From the NCBI GenBank assembly GCA_002422135.1, contig DITP01000092.1, positions 1 through 53,249 on the forward strand: DNA of 53,249 nucleotides. Reading direction: 5' to 3'. Source of the DNA: Acholeplasmataceae bacterium UBA6181. Lineage in GTDB: Bacteria > Bacillota_I > Bacilli_A > Acholeplasmatales > Acholeplasmataceae. The translations under genes and the position numbers were made by a program. Below are positions 27,006-35,940 of this stretch, piece by piece (position 1 is the stretch's first letter; each line of letters opens with the position of its first letter). The notes beneath the pieces were generated by a model. That model had not been told where the DNA came from. It worked only from the letters and a program-made list of their open reading frames with translations, and did no database searches.

Positions 27006-27827
27006 TTAGGCTTTTGTCTGTGTTTTAATAAAGTTAATTGAATTTTTAAGTAGTTTTTTTAATATTACTTCATCATCAGGGTTAAACAAAATTGTGAAGA
27101 ATGTAGATCCACTTCCCGTCATCTTAACATATGGATCAATTTTTCTTAATGTTTTAACGTGTGTTTTAAGAGCTGGATATACCTTTAAAGTAGTTGGCGT
27201 CAAAGCATTATATGATTTTTCATTAAATCGATCAAAGATTTGATTTTGATAATCATATACTAAAGACTCAAAAGGCAAGTTAGGGCTCTTAATTTCGTGA
27301 TTTTCAAATACTGTTTTTGTGGATACTTCAATTAAAGATGGATAAAGATATACGATGGGTATATAAATCGGTTTCAAAAATTCCATGTGTTCTCCCCGTC
27401 CAGACACATAAGCTGGATCTCCATACAGTGAAAACAACGTATCAGAACCTAAAGATAATGCTAAATTTTCTTTATCTTTTTTCGATAAATTTAAACCCCA
27501 AAACTGATCTAATCCTCTAATAGTAGCTGCTACGTCTGATGAACCCCCGCCTAAACCAGCACCAATCGGAATATTTTTTTCTAGTATAATTTTCACACCT
27601 TCAGTTACTTTGTATTTTTCTTGAATTAATTTAGCAGCTTTAAAAACTGAATTGTCATGTATATCAACATTACAATTTAAAACAATGCGATGATAAGGTT
27701 CAAAAGTTAAGACATCATGTAATTCAAGTGAAACTACAATCATCTCAAGATTGTGATAACCATCTTCACGTTTACTGGTAACATCAAGTGCTAAATTTAG
27801 TTTTGCATATGCTTTTTCAACAATCAT
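27006..27827 (-). CDS. ispE: 4-diphosphocytidyl-2-C-methyl-D-erythritol kinase
   Basis: GHMP kinase: AKLNL.LDV, PIGAGLGGGSSDAA-like (PIGAGLGGGSSDVAA), MTGSGSTFF. Position after rsmA matches Bacillus. Confidence 0.87.
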   Translation of the reverse strand: MIVEKAYAKLNLALDVTSKREDGYHNLEMIVVSLELHDVLTFEPYHRIVLNCNVDIHDNSVFKAAKLIQEKYKVTEGVKIILEKNIPIGAGLGGGSSDVAATIRGLDQFWGLNLSKKDKENLALSLGSDTLFSLYGDPAYVSGRGEHMEFLKPIYIPIVYLYPSLIEVSTKTVFENHEIKSPNLPFESLVYDYQNQIFDRFNEKSYNALTPTTLKVYPALKTHVKTLRKIDPYVKMTGSGSTFFTILFNPDDEVILKKLLKNSINFIKTQTKA

Positions 27828-28602
27828 ATGGCCATGCCTCCCGTAATTTTAGAAATGTGTCAATCGATAAACTTTCAGCCCTTGCATAAGGATCTATGCC
27901 TTGTTCAATTAGAAAATCAATTAAGTCTTTCTTCTCTATATGATATGCTTCATGCCAATTATTGACAAGTGTTTTACGCTTTTGACGAAATGCTTCTTTA
28001 ACCATTTTTCTCAAAAATGGCATAAGTTCTTCGGATATGATTGGTTTAGAAAATTTTTCAATGCGAATAACCACACTATCTACATTAGGTATTGGATAAA
28101 ACATTTGGCGCTTTACATCCAACATTTTGAATACTTTAGCTTCGACTTGTAATAAGATGGATAATGCATTATAATTTTTTGTTCCTGGTTTTGCGAGTAA
28201 CCGGTCAGCAACTTCTTTTTGAATCATAATCGATGCTGTTTTGATGTGCTTAGATTCTAAAATCTTAAATAAAATGGGCGATGTAATATTATATGGTATA
28301 TTCGCAACCACATGATATTCATGATCATTTTTAAGTTCTAATTCAAGAATGTCACCATATATAACGGTTAAATTCGGATGTTTAGATTCGAGTTCTGATA
28401 ATATTGGTTTTAGTGATTCATCAATTTCATAGGCCGTAACCGATTGAGCTTTTTCAACTAAAAAAGAAGTGAGAGCGCCTTGCCCTGGACCGATTTCAAT
28501 CACATGTTGATTGTCTATATAAGATTCACGGACTATTTTTTGTAAAAGATTTTTATCTCTTAAAAAGTTTTGTCCAAATTTTTTCTTTGGTTGATGATTC
28601 AC
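27817..28602 (-). CDS. rsmA: 16S rRNA dimethyladenosine transferase RsmA/KsgA
   Basis: KKFGQNFL.D, EIGPGQGALT, NIPYNITSPI. Confidence 0.95.
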   Translation of the reverse strand: MNHQPKKKFGQNFLRDKNLLQKIVRESYIDNQHVIEIGPGQGALTSFLVEKAQSVTAYEIDESLKPILSELESKHPNLTVIYGDILELELKNDHEYHVVANIPYNITSPILFKILESKHIKTASIMIQKEVADRLLAKPGTKNYNALSILLQVEAKVFKMLDVKRQMFYPIPNVDSVVIRIEKFSKPIISEELMPFLRKMVKEAFRQKRKTLVNNWHEAYHIEKKDLIDFLIEQGIDPYARAESLSIDTFLKLREAWPYDC

Positions 28603-29132
28603 TTCAATACCTCGATAATTTGTTGACGCGTAATTTGAAATCTTTGAATTCTATAGAGTAATGTCTTGCCATTTACATGCCCTAAATTTAAGGCTTCAGT
28701 CAGACTATTTCTTCTTTGTTGACTATGTTTTTGACCAATAAGTCCCATCTCATATAGAAATGCAAAATCAACATCACTTTTGATATAATCATATTCAACA
28801 CGAAGTTCGCTTAAAGCATTTTTTATCGCATTTTGAGATGCGTGTTCTATGCCAACCTTTTTTTGATTTTTACTGATAGACTCTTCTCGAGACAAAAATG
28901 CATGTTTTACACTTCCGATGTATTTTGAAATAATTCTTCGGATGCGCTCGCCAGCGTGATCAGGATCAAGAAACAAAATTATCTCATGAGTTATTGATAA
29001 GTTCTTTAATTGTTCAAGAACTTCAGTTCCAATAGCACTACCTTGGGTTGTCATCACTAAAACATCTGGGTAGATACTTCTAATCTTATTTAAATCATGA
29101 GATCCTTCAACAACAATGACTTGTGGCTTCAT
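28599..29132 (-). CDS. rnmV: Ribonuclease M5 (Toprim)
   Basis: VIVVEG.HD, LDPDHAGE.IR; upstream of rsmA as in Bacillus yabF-ksgA. Confidence 0.85.
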   Translation of the reverse strand: MKPQVIVVEGSHDLNKIRSIYPDVLVMTTQGSAIGTEVLEQLKNLSITHEIILFLDPDHAGERIRRIISKYIGSVKHAFLSREESISKNQKKVGIEHASQNAIKNALSELRVEYDYIKSDVDFAFLYEMGLIGQKHSQQRRNSLTEALNLGHVNGKTLLYRIQRFQITRQQIIEVLK

Positions 29133-30337
29133 TTTTTTCTGTAGAAAAATTTATCATCAGATTTAGTGCCGCTTTTCATAAGACTTTCAATGATTGCTGA
29201 TTGTTTTTTTAAGGTCGAAACTTCACCATTTTCTAGGAGAATATAAATTTCTTCGCCAAAACTTACATCATCATCTTTATATGTACTATTTTCAACACTT
29301 CTAAACGCGTGGTAATATAATTTTTCTTCACTACTATAAGATGATAAAATTTCTTCAATTTTCTCTTGATTTTCAACTGTATGATTCATATATCCCCAAA
29401 TGTGGCGATTTAAAAAATCGTCTGATAAAGCTCTTAAAATTGAATCTTTTGTTTTTCTAAATCCCTGAATCAAGCCATTAATGTAGTAATCATCGATTTC
29501 TAAGAAATGTTCAATATCATTTGGATTTTCGATAACCTTTTTAAGTGGTATCACATTGGCTTCAAATGGATAATTTTGTTCAAGTAAATCTTTAACACGT
29601 CGATAAATATTTTCTAGAATGACTTCATATGCTCTAGCAACTGGGTGATAATAGACTTGCCAGTACATATGATATCTGCTAATTAAATAGTTCTCGATGG
29701 CATGGATACCTGAGATTTTAAAAACAACTTGTCCATTTTTAATGTTAAAAACACGAATCAATCTATCTAAATCAATATGCCCATAAGCAGCACCAGTAAA
29801 ATAAGCATCTCTTTCTAAATAATCTAAGCGATCAACATCAAGTTGACTTGATATCAGTTGTTCAATGATTGGGAATTTTTTTGATTTGAGCAATATTGAG
29901 GATAAATCTGATTTAAAATCAGCATCAATCACATCAAAAATTCTCGTTAACTCTTCGTGATTTAAAATTAGACTCGCGCCGATATGTTCATGATTAACGC
30001 CAAATACATCTTCAAAAGCATGTGAATAAGCCCCATGTCCAATGTCATGTAATAATGCAGCGCATAAAAACAGCATCTTTTTTCGTTCATTTAGTGTTTC
30101 TTGAATATCAGGAACACTTAAAAATCGATAGGCAACATTATAAACACCAAGACTATGGCTAAATCTTGTATGTTCCGCGCCATGAAAAACCATATGCACA
30201 CCTGATAATTGTCTAATTCTTCTTAATCTTTGAAATACGCTCGTATTAATAAGGTTTAATATGATTTCACTATCGACTTGTATATATCCGTATAAAGGAT
30301 CTTTAAATACTTGTGATCTTTCGAGTTTTTTAAACAT
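29129..30337 (-). CDS. HD-domain dNTP triphosphohydrolase-like protein
   Basis: FSHSLGV, LLHDIGHGAYSH, DVDRLDYLERD. I placed the start at ATG 30337 (SD GAGGAGG). The track start is a TTG. Confidence 0.8.
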   Translation of the reverse strand: MFKKLERSQVFKDPLYGYIQVDSEIILNLINTSVFQRLRRIRQLSGVHMVFHGAEHTRFSHSLGVYNVAYRFLSVPDIQETLNERKKMLFLCAALLHDIGHGAYSHAFEDVFGVNHEHIGASLILNHEELTRIFDVIDADFKSDLSSILLKSKKFPIIEQLISSQLDVDRLDYLERDAYFTGAAYGHIDLDRLIRVFNIKNGQVVFKISGIHAIENYLISRYHMYWQVYYHPVARAYEVILENIYRRVKDLLEQNYPFEANVIPLKKVIENPNDIEHFLEIDDYYINGLIQGFRKTKDSILRALSDDFLNRHIWGYMNHTVENQEKIEEILSSYSSEEKLYYHAFRSVENSTYKDDDVSFGEEIYILLENGEVSTLKKQSAIIESLMKSGTKSDDKFFYRKK

Positions 30338-30352
30338 CGTGACCTCCTCGGT

Positions 30353-30376
30353 CAAAAAAGTGCCAAAAAGGCACTA
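30353..30376 (-). terminator. Terminator hairpin after pduL, abutting the HD-gene SD
   Basis: Minus strand: AGTGCC-ttttt-GGCACT followed by TTTTTGA, then GAGGAGG. Overlaps the pduL stop. Confidence 0.5.
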
Positions 30377-30964
30377 TGATTGAATGTTGTATGATTTTAT
30401 AAGCTCAACGAAATCGCCTGTATTTAGCATAAAGGCACTTCCATCATCAGTGTCTAAATGACAATCTAATTTGAATTTTGGACTAACACGGCATAAAACA
30501 TTGTCTAAAATGCCAGGTTTTTCTCCATGAATGCGAATGCTTACCATTTGGCGATCTATTACACCAAATTCCTTAGCTTCTACATCTGAAAAATGGATAT
30601 GACGATCCGCAATAATCACGCCTTCTTTAAGTTCAACTTTTCCTTTTGGACCAATTAATGTGCATGCTCCAGATCCTTTGACATCACCTGATGATCTTAC
30701 AGGTGCAACAAATTTAAATCGAATCGCGTCACTCTTAGAAATTTCAACTTGTGACTCTGGACGAACAGGTCCTAAAATACGAACGCCTGCTAAAAGATTA
30801 CCCTGTGGGCTTAAAATATCAACTTTTTCGTTTGCTGCATATTGTCCAGGTTGACTTAAATCTTTTAAAACTGTTAATTGATAACCTTCACCAAAAAGGA
30901 TTTCGAGATGTTCTTTTGTTAAGTGCAGATGGCGGCCTGAAATGCCGACTGGTATTTTTTTCAT
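30374..30964 (-). CDS. pduL: Phosphate propanoyl/acetyl-transferase PduL
   Basis: Duplicated PduL motif: IPVGISGRHLHLT..H...LFG in the first half and IIADRHIHFS in the second. 196 aa. Confidence 0.85.
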   Translation of the reverse strand: MKKIPVGISGRHLHLTKEHLEILFGEGYQLTVLKDLSQPGQYAANEKVDILSPQGNLLAGVRILGPVRPESQVEISKSDAIRFKFVAPVRSSGDVKGSGACTLIGPKGKVELKEGVIIADRHIHFSDVEAKEFGVIDRQMVSIRIHGEKPGILDNVLCRVSPKFKLDCHLDTDDGSAFMLNTGDFVELIKSYNIQS

Positions 30965-31061
30965 GTTTTAACTCCTCCTACATACGAAATGATTATATCA
31001 TTTAAACCCCCTCATTTCAATCTAAGTATGATAGAATAAATTTGAAAAGAGAGGTGTCAAG

Positions 31062-31478
31062 ATGAAGAGTATTTTTACACGTATCATTGAACGAGAAATC
31101 CCTGCATACATTGTATATGAAGATGAAAAAGTGATTGCATTCTTAGATATTTCACAAGCTACCAAAGGTCATACTTTAGTGGTTCCCAAAGAAGCCTATC
31201 CAAATCTTTTTGAAATGCCTGATGAACTTGGATCACATGTCATGAATGTTTCAATAAAACTTGCAAAGGCAATAAAAAAAGCATTTAATCCGCTTGGATT
31301 AAATCTCTTAAACAATAACGGTGAAATCGCAGGACAAAGCGTTTTTCACTTTCATATGCATTTGATTCCAAGATATGAGAATAACGACATTCACATTCGT
31401 TTTACAAATCATATGGATGAATTAAATCAAGAGGAATATAAAAAAAGAGCCGAACAAATTACATCGGCTCTATTGTAA
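31062..31478 (+). CDS. HIT family (histidine triad) nucleotide hydrolase
   Basis: FTRII.REIPA..VYED, and the triad HFHMHLIP. Confidence 0.9.
   Translation: MKSIFTRIIEREIPAYIVYEDEKVIAFLDISQATKGHTLVVPKEAYPNLFEMPDELGSHVMNVSIKLAKAIKKAFNPLGLNLLNNNGEIAGQSVFHFHMHLIPRYENNDIHIRFTNHMDELNQEEYKKRAEQITSALL
31439..31471 (-). terminator. Terminator of the two-component operon, embedded in the last codons of the convergent HIT gene
   Basis: Minus strand: AGAGCCG-12 nt loop-CGGCTCT followed by T5-6. The HK stop (31459-31461) lies in the loop. Confidence 0.5.
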
Positions 31479-32721
31479 ACATTACACCATCATTAATGTT
31501 TTCAACTTTAAGTATGAGATTGAAATGTGAACATGTTTTTTGAGCAATACTCATTCCTAATCCAAACTCACCTTTTTTACCTTTTTCATAAGGTTTAAAC
31601 AGCTCGTCAATAAATTTTTGACTGATTGCCTCGCCATCGTTGTAGAAGGTGAGTTTTTTATTTTTTAACTTAATTTCTATTTTAGATTTTGCATATCTTA
31701 TCGCATTGTCAACAATATTATTAAATGCTGTATAAAAGTTTTCTTTCACACCATAGTATATCGAATCATCGAGTGTTACTTCCCAGTTGAGTTCTGTTCG
31801 GTATTTATGATTATCAACAATGTTTTGAATAATTTCTTTGATTGAGACATCTTCAAATTCGTTTTGATCCTTTAAATATTCAAGTTTATTTAATTCTAAG
31901 AGTTGTTTAACTTTAACATTTAATAATTCCGCTTGCTTAATAATCACCGATGCTTCATCTTTATCCGAAACACCATCATATATAGCTTCAGCATAGGATT
32001 GAATCACGGCAATCGGTGTTTTAAAATCATGGGATATATTTTGAAGCATTTCTTGTTTTGTTTTTTCACTCGATTGAATCTCGCGTCTCATTTTTTCGAT
32101 AGTCATCGAGAGATCTGTGATTTCATCGTTTCCATCAACTTCAATTGGTACCTTGTAACTATTTAAAGTCATGCGTTCGATTTCACCCTTTAATCTCTTT
32201 ACACGTTCTACCGTAATTCTAGACCATATGAGAATGATTAAATTACCTAATAAAACAAGTGCGATAAAACTAATACGAACGATGAAATTAAATGATTTTC
32301 CGACAACAGATAAATAATCTTCACCGGTGAATGCGACAATCATTGTTCCATCAACTTTTCGATTCACTCTAAAATAAAATGTTTCATGTTCAATGACTTC
32401 TCTTCTTGTATAAACAAGAGACGTATGTGAAAACATGTCGATTAAGTCTTCTGCTGTATATTTACCATCCAAAATTTCTAAATTGTCAGATGATACAACA
32501 TTACCATTTTGAGCAATCACAAATCCATTATAAAGACTATCAGGAGGCATTTCATAATTCCTAAATAGATTTTCATAATAAACCTCGAATTGTTGTTCAT
32601 TTTGCTCAACTCTAAATGCATCAAATACCCGATTCAAAGCAATCAAAAAAATAAAGCTTGTCATAAGCGTCACAACCGTAAAAATGATATTCAATTGAGT
32701 TGTGAGTTTCATTTCTTTCAT
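31459..32721 (-). CDS. Sensor histidine kinase (two TM helices, about 130-aa extracytoplasmic loop)
   Basis: H-box SHDFKTPIAVI, N-box NIVDNAIRYA, and G-boxes. ATGA overlap with the regulator gene. Confidence 0.87.
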   Translation of the reverse strand: MKEMKLTTQLNIIFTVVTLMTSFIFLIALNRVFDAFRVEQNEQQFEVYYENLFRNYEMPPDSLYNGFVIAQNGNVVSSDNLEILDGKYTAEDLIDMFSHTSLVYTRREVIEHETFYFRVNRKVDGTMIVAFTGEDYLSVVGKSFNFIVRISFIALVLLGNLIILIWSRITVERVKRLKGEIERMTLNSYKVPIEVDGNDEITDLSMTIEKMRREIQSSEKTKQEMLQNISHDFKTPIAVIQSYAEAIYDGVSDKDEASVIIKQAELLNVKVKQLLELNKLEYLKDQNEFEDVSIKEIIQNIVDNHKYRTELNWEVTLDDSIYYGVKENFYTAFNNIVDNAIRYAKSKIEIKLKNKKLTFYNDGEAISQKFIDELFKPYEKGKKGEFGLGMSIAQKTCSHFNLILKVENINDGVMFTIEPM

Positions 32722-33371
32722 AATAATCGATAACCATATCCATAAATCGTTTCAATTTTCAATTCAGGCATTTTATGGCGTAACCGACGCAATAAATCGT
32801 CGACGACACGATCGCTACCATAGTATGTTTTACCCCAAACGTGTTCTAAAATATCTTCTCTTTGGAAAGCAGTATTGATATTTTTCATAAAAAACAATAA
32901 AAGTTCAAATTCCTTATTTGTGAGATCAATCATTTCTTGTCCGACACGAATTTCTCGCTTCGTTAGATTAATTTCATATGGGCCATAAGTCATCAAATCT
33001 TTTTCATTTGTAGATGTTCTTCTTAAAACAGCCTTAACTCTTAAAATTAATTCTCTCGGTGAATATGGTTTCGCTAAATAATCATCACTACCAAGTTCAA
33101 GCCCCATGATTTTATCCAAATCTTGGTCTCTTGCAGATGTAAAAATAACCGCCGCAGAAGAATGGTTTTCTTTTAAAGCTTTAATAAGATCATAACCACT
33201 GACTTCACCTGTGAGCATGATATCCAAGATCCACAAATCTACGGTATCTTTGATATGTTCCATCGCGGATTCCCCATCATTGAAAACTGTCGTTTCATAG
33301 CCTTCACGATTTAAATACTTTCGAATAATCTCTGCGAGATCTTTTTCGTCTTCGACATAATATATACGCAT
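32718..33371 (-). CDS. OmpR-family response regulator
   Basis: Receiver domain (YYVEDE...DLWILDIML) plus winged helix (LT.KEFELL.....RE.IL..VWG). The start is ATG 33371 (SD AAAGGTGG); the track start is a GTG. Confidence 0.9.
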   Translation of the reverse strand: MRIYYVEDEKDLAEIIRKYLNREGYETTVFNDGESAMEHIKDTVDLWILDIMLTGEVSGYDLIKALKENHSSAAVIFTSARDQDLDKIMGLELGSDDYLAKPYSPRELILRVKAVLRRTSTNEKDLMTYGPYEINLTKREIRVGQEMIDLTNKEFELLLFFMKNINTAFQREDILEHVWGKTYYGSDRVVDDLLRRLRHKMPELKIETIYGYGYRLL

Positions 33372-33384
33372 ATTAACCACCTTT

Positions 33385-33418
33385 TTAAAGAAAATAAGTG
33401 TGCTTGAGCACACTTATT
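33385..33418 (-). terminator. serS terminator hairpin abutting the response-regulator SD
   Basis: Perfect 11-bp stem AATAAGTGTGC-tcaa-GCACACTTATT (33418-33393) followed by TTTCTTT. Confidence 0.65.
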
Positions 33419-33424
33419 ATACCA
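33416..33424 (-). promoter_or_regulatory. Extended -10 (TGGTATAAT) overlapping the 5' arm of the terminator; candidate promoter of the two-component operon
   Basis: The reverse complement of 33416-33424 is TGGTATAAT. The last 3 nt of the hexamer are the first 3 nt of the hairpin. Confidence 0.45.
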
Positions 33425-33460
33425 TATAGAGAAATAAGGGAGAAAAATTGAAGTACCTTT

Positions 33461-33488
33461 ATTCTAGCAAAAGAGTATGGGATGTCAA
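33461..33488 (-). promoter_or_regulatory. Second candidate promoter upstream of the hairpin
   Basis: Minus strand: TTGACA (33488-33483), 16 nt, TAGAAT (33466-33461). Confidence 0.45.
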
Positions 33489-33511
33489 TGTATTTTTGAT
33501 GTGAAATTGTG

Positions 33512-34789
33512 TTATTCAATCACATTGACTTTCATGTAAGGAATTAACGCCTTAGGTACCGTAATAGAGCCATCTTCATTCTGATAGTTTTCGATAATCG
33601 CAATCATTGTTCTTCCGACAGCTAATCCAGAACCATTGAGCGTGTGAACATATTCAGTTTTACTGTCTTTTGTACGTTTAAATCGTATATTCGCACGTCT
33701 TGCTTGAAAATCTTCTGCATTTGAGATTGATCCGATTTCACGATACATATTTTGTCCTGGCAACCATACTTCAATATCATATGTTTTTGCCATACCAAAA
33801 CCCATATCGCCTGTTGATAAACATACGACGCGATAAGGCAATTCTAATCGTTTTAATACTTCTTCAGAGTTTAATAACATCGCTTCAAGCTCATCATAAG
33901 AGGTTTCAGGCTTTGTAAACTTAATGAGTTCTACCTTATTAAACTGGTGTTGTCTTAAGATGCCTCTCGTATCCCTTCCAGCAGACCCTGCTTCAGCTCT
34001 AAATGCTGTTGTGAATGCACAATAACGAAAAGGTAATGAGTCACCATCAATAATTTCATCTCGATATAAATTTATTGTGGGGACTTCAGCAGTAGGATTT
34101 AAGTACCAATTGTTATCATCTGAACCAACACGAAATGCATCATCTTTAAACTTAGGAAATTGTCCAGTTGAAAACATACTTTTCTCATTGACGATAAAGG
34201 GTGGGATTATTTCAGTGTATCCATGCTCATGTGCATGCAAATCCATCATAAACTGAATTAAAGATCTTTCTAAACGTGCACCTAATCCTTTGTCAACAAC
34301 AAATCTAGCACCGGTTATTTTCGCTGCTCGTTCAAAGTCGAGGATATTTAATTTTTCGCCAAGTTCAATATGATCTTTCACTTTAAATGAAAATTCTTTA
34401 GGTTTACCAACAACGCGAATAACTTTATTGTCTTTATCATCTTTCCCAATTGGCACACTTTCGTGCGGAATATTCGGAATGATTGAAAGTATATCAAAAA
34501 TTTTTATTTCAATGCTTTGAAGTTCTTCATCAAGCGCTTTAATTTCATCACCAATATGAGCAACTTCATTTAAAATATCACTTGCATCAAGTTTTTGACG
34601 CTTGAGTTCACCGATTTTCTTTGATTGTTCATTTCGAAAAGCTTTTAATTGTTCAACTTCAGCAATTTTATCTTTTCTGGTATTCTGAAGTGACGAAAGT
34701 TCTTTAACAAATGAAAAATCACCTTGTCTTGTTTGAAGTCTTCGGATAGCTTCATCCATATTTTCTATTAACCATTTTAAATCTAACAT
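33512..34789 (-). CDS. serS: Seryl-tRNA synthetase
   Basis: N-terminal coiled coil MLDLKWL... and class II motifs ([30 protein letters not shown]). ATG at 34789 after AGGAGG. Confidence 0.96.
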   Translation of the reverse strand: MLDLKWLIENMDEAIRRLQTRQGDFSFVKELSSLQNTRKDKIAEVEQLKAFRNEQSKKIGELKRQKLDASDILNEVAHIGDEIKALDEELQSIEIKIFDILSIIPNIPHESVPIGKDDKDNKVIRVVGKPKEFSFKVKDHIELGEKLNILDFERAAKITGARFVVDKGLGARLERSLIQFMMDLHAHEHGYTEIIPPFIVNEKSMFSTGQFPKFKDDAFRVGSDDNNWYLNPTAEVPTINLYRDEIIDGDSLPFRYCAFTTAFRAEAGSAGRDTRGILRQHQFNKVELIKFTKPETSYDELEAMLLNSEEVLKRLELPYRVVCLSTGDMGFGMAKTYDIEVWLPGQNMYREIGSISNAEDFQARRANIRFKRTKDSKTEYVHTLNGSGLAVGRTMIAIIENYQNEDGSITVPKALIPYMKVNVIE

Positions 34790-34807
34790 TGTTATTCCTC
34801 CTATCAA

Positions 34808-35022
34808 AATAAAAGTCCTTAGATAAAAAATCTAAGGACGAATCATCGCGGTACCACCTTAGTTCTAGGAATTCCTAGCCCTTAAAATCCTTTAACGCTG
34901 GATAGCGGACGTGATTAGTGTCACTAAAGAGTGGATTCATTTGATTTGCATCATCACTTTCACCTCACGTGATGTCTCTTTTTCATGCAAAAGTCAAATT
35001 ACTATGCTCTTATCATTGTATT
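34808..35022 (-). promoter_or_regulatory. T-box riboswitch leader of serS (candidate specifier UCC = Ser)
   Basis: The minus strand contains the T-box sequence AAGGTGGTACCGCG (34860-34847) and a terminator GTCCTTAGA-7 nt-TCTAAGGAC plus a U-run (34839-34808). The stem I base is AATGATAAGAG...CTCTTTAGTGA. GAA-UCC-A in the specifier-loop position puts UCC at 34935-34933. Confidence 0.8.
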
Positions 35023-35028
35023 ATCTTT

Positions 35029-35057
35029 ATTATAATGAAAGATTTAATGAATGTAAA
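35029..35057 (-). promoter_or_regulatory. Promoter of the serS T-box leader
   Basis: Minus strand: TTTACA (35057-35052), 17 nt, TATAAT (35034-35029). Confidence 0.5.
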
Positions 35058-35070
35058 GAATGACAAGACT

Positions 35071-35937
35071 TTATTTGTTTTTCTGTTTAATAAGTTCCTT
35101 TAAATCTTCCTTTAACTCATCCGATTTTAATCCAAAATCAAGAATAGCTTCGATGTAATCTATTTTTTTACCCACATCATATCTTTTACCAATGAGATCA
35201 AAAGCGTATACTTTTTCTTCATCCATTAACCTTAATATTGCATCCGTTAACTGAATTTCATTACCGGCACCTTTTGTCTGATTTTTTAAATATTTAAAAA
35301 TCGTTGGTGTTAAGACATATCGTCCTGCGATTGCACTTCTTGAAGGAGCTTCTTCAATTTTCGGTTTTTCAATAACACCTTTTAATTCAATATAGAATTT
35401 ATCTGTTTTTTGTTTAGGAATACAAATGCCATATTTTGCTGTATCTTTATATGCGACTTCCATCGTACCTAATATTGATGAATTTACTTCGTCATAGATA
35501 TCCATGAGTTGTCTTATCGCTGGTTTTTCTTTTCCAACATACATATCATCGCCAAGTAGTACAACAAAAGGTTCGTCACCAACAAATGCTTCAGCTTGTA
35601 AAACTGCATGACCTAATCCTAACTGTTCTTTTTGCCGAATGAAATGGATATTCGCGCCTTTACCAATCAATCTTAACATTTGAACATCTTCATGTTTATT
35701 TTTATTCGTTAAAATTTGTTCAAGTTCTAAGTTGTAATCAAAGTAATCAATGATGGCGTTTTTATTTGAACTAACAATCAATAAAATATCAGTAATTCCA
35801 CTTTCTATTGCTTCGTTGACAATAAATTCTATCGTGGGTCGATCAATAATGGGTAGTAATTCTTTAGGCAACGCCTTCGTTATTGGTAAAAATCTAGTGC
35901 CATATCCTGCAGCTGGAATCACGGCTTTACGAATCAT
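35071..35937 (-). CDS. galU: UTP-glucose-1-phosphate uridylyltransferase
   Basis: KAVIPAAGYGTRFLP.TKA.PKE.LPI.D.P, and LGDD. Confidence 0.92.
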   Translation of the reverse strand: MIRKAVIPAAGYGTRFLPITKALPKELLPIIDRPTIEFIVNEAIESGITDILLIVSSNKNAIIDYFDYNLELEQILTNKNKHEDVQMLRLIGKGANIHFIRQKEQLGLGHAVLQAEAFVGDEPFVVLLGDDMYVGKEKPAIRQLMDIYDEVNSSILGTMEVAYKDTAKYGICIPKQKTDKFYIELKGVIEKPKIEEAPSRSAIAGRYVLTPTIFKYLKNQTKGAGNEIQLTDAILRLMDEEKVYAFDLIGKRYDVGKKIDYIEAILDFGLKSDELKEDLKELIKQKNK

Positions 35938-35940
35938 AAC

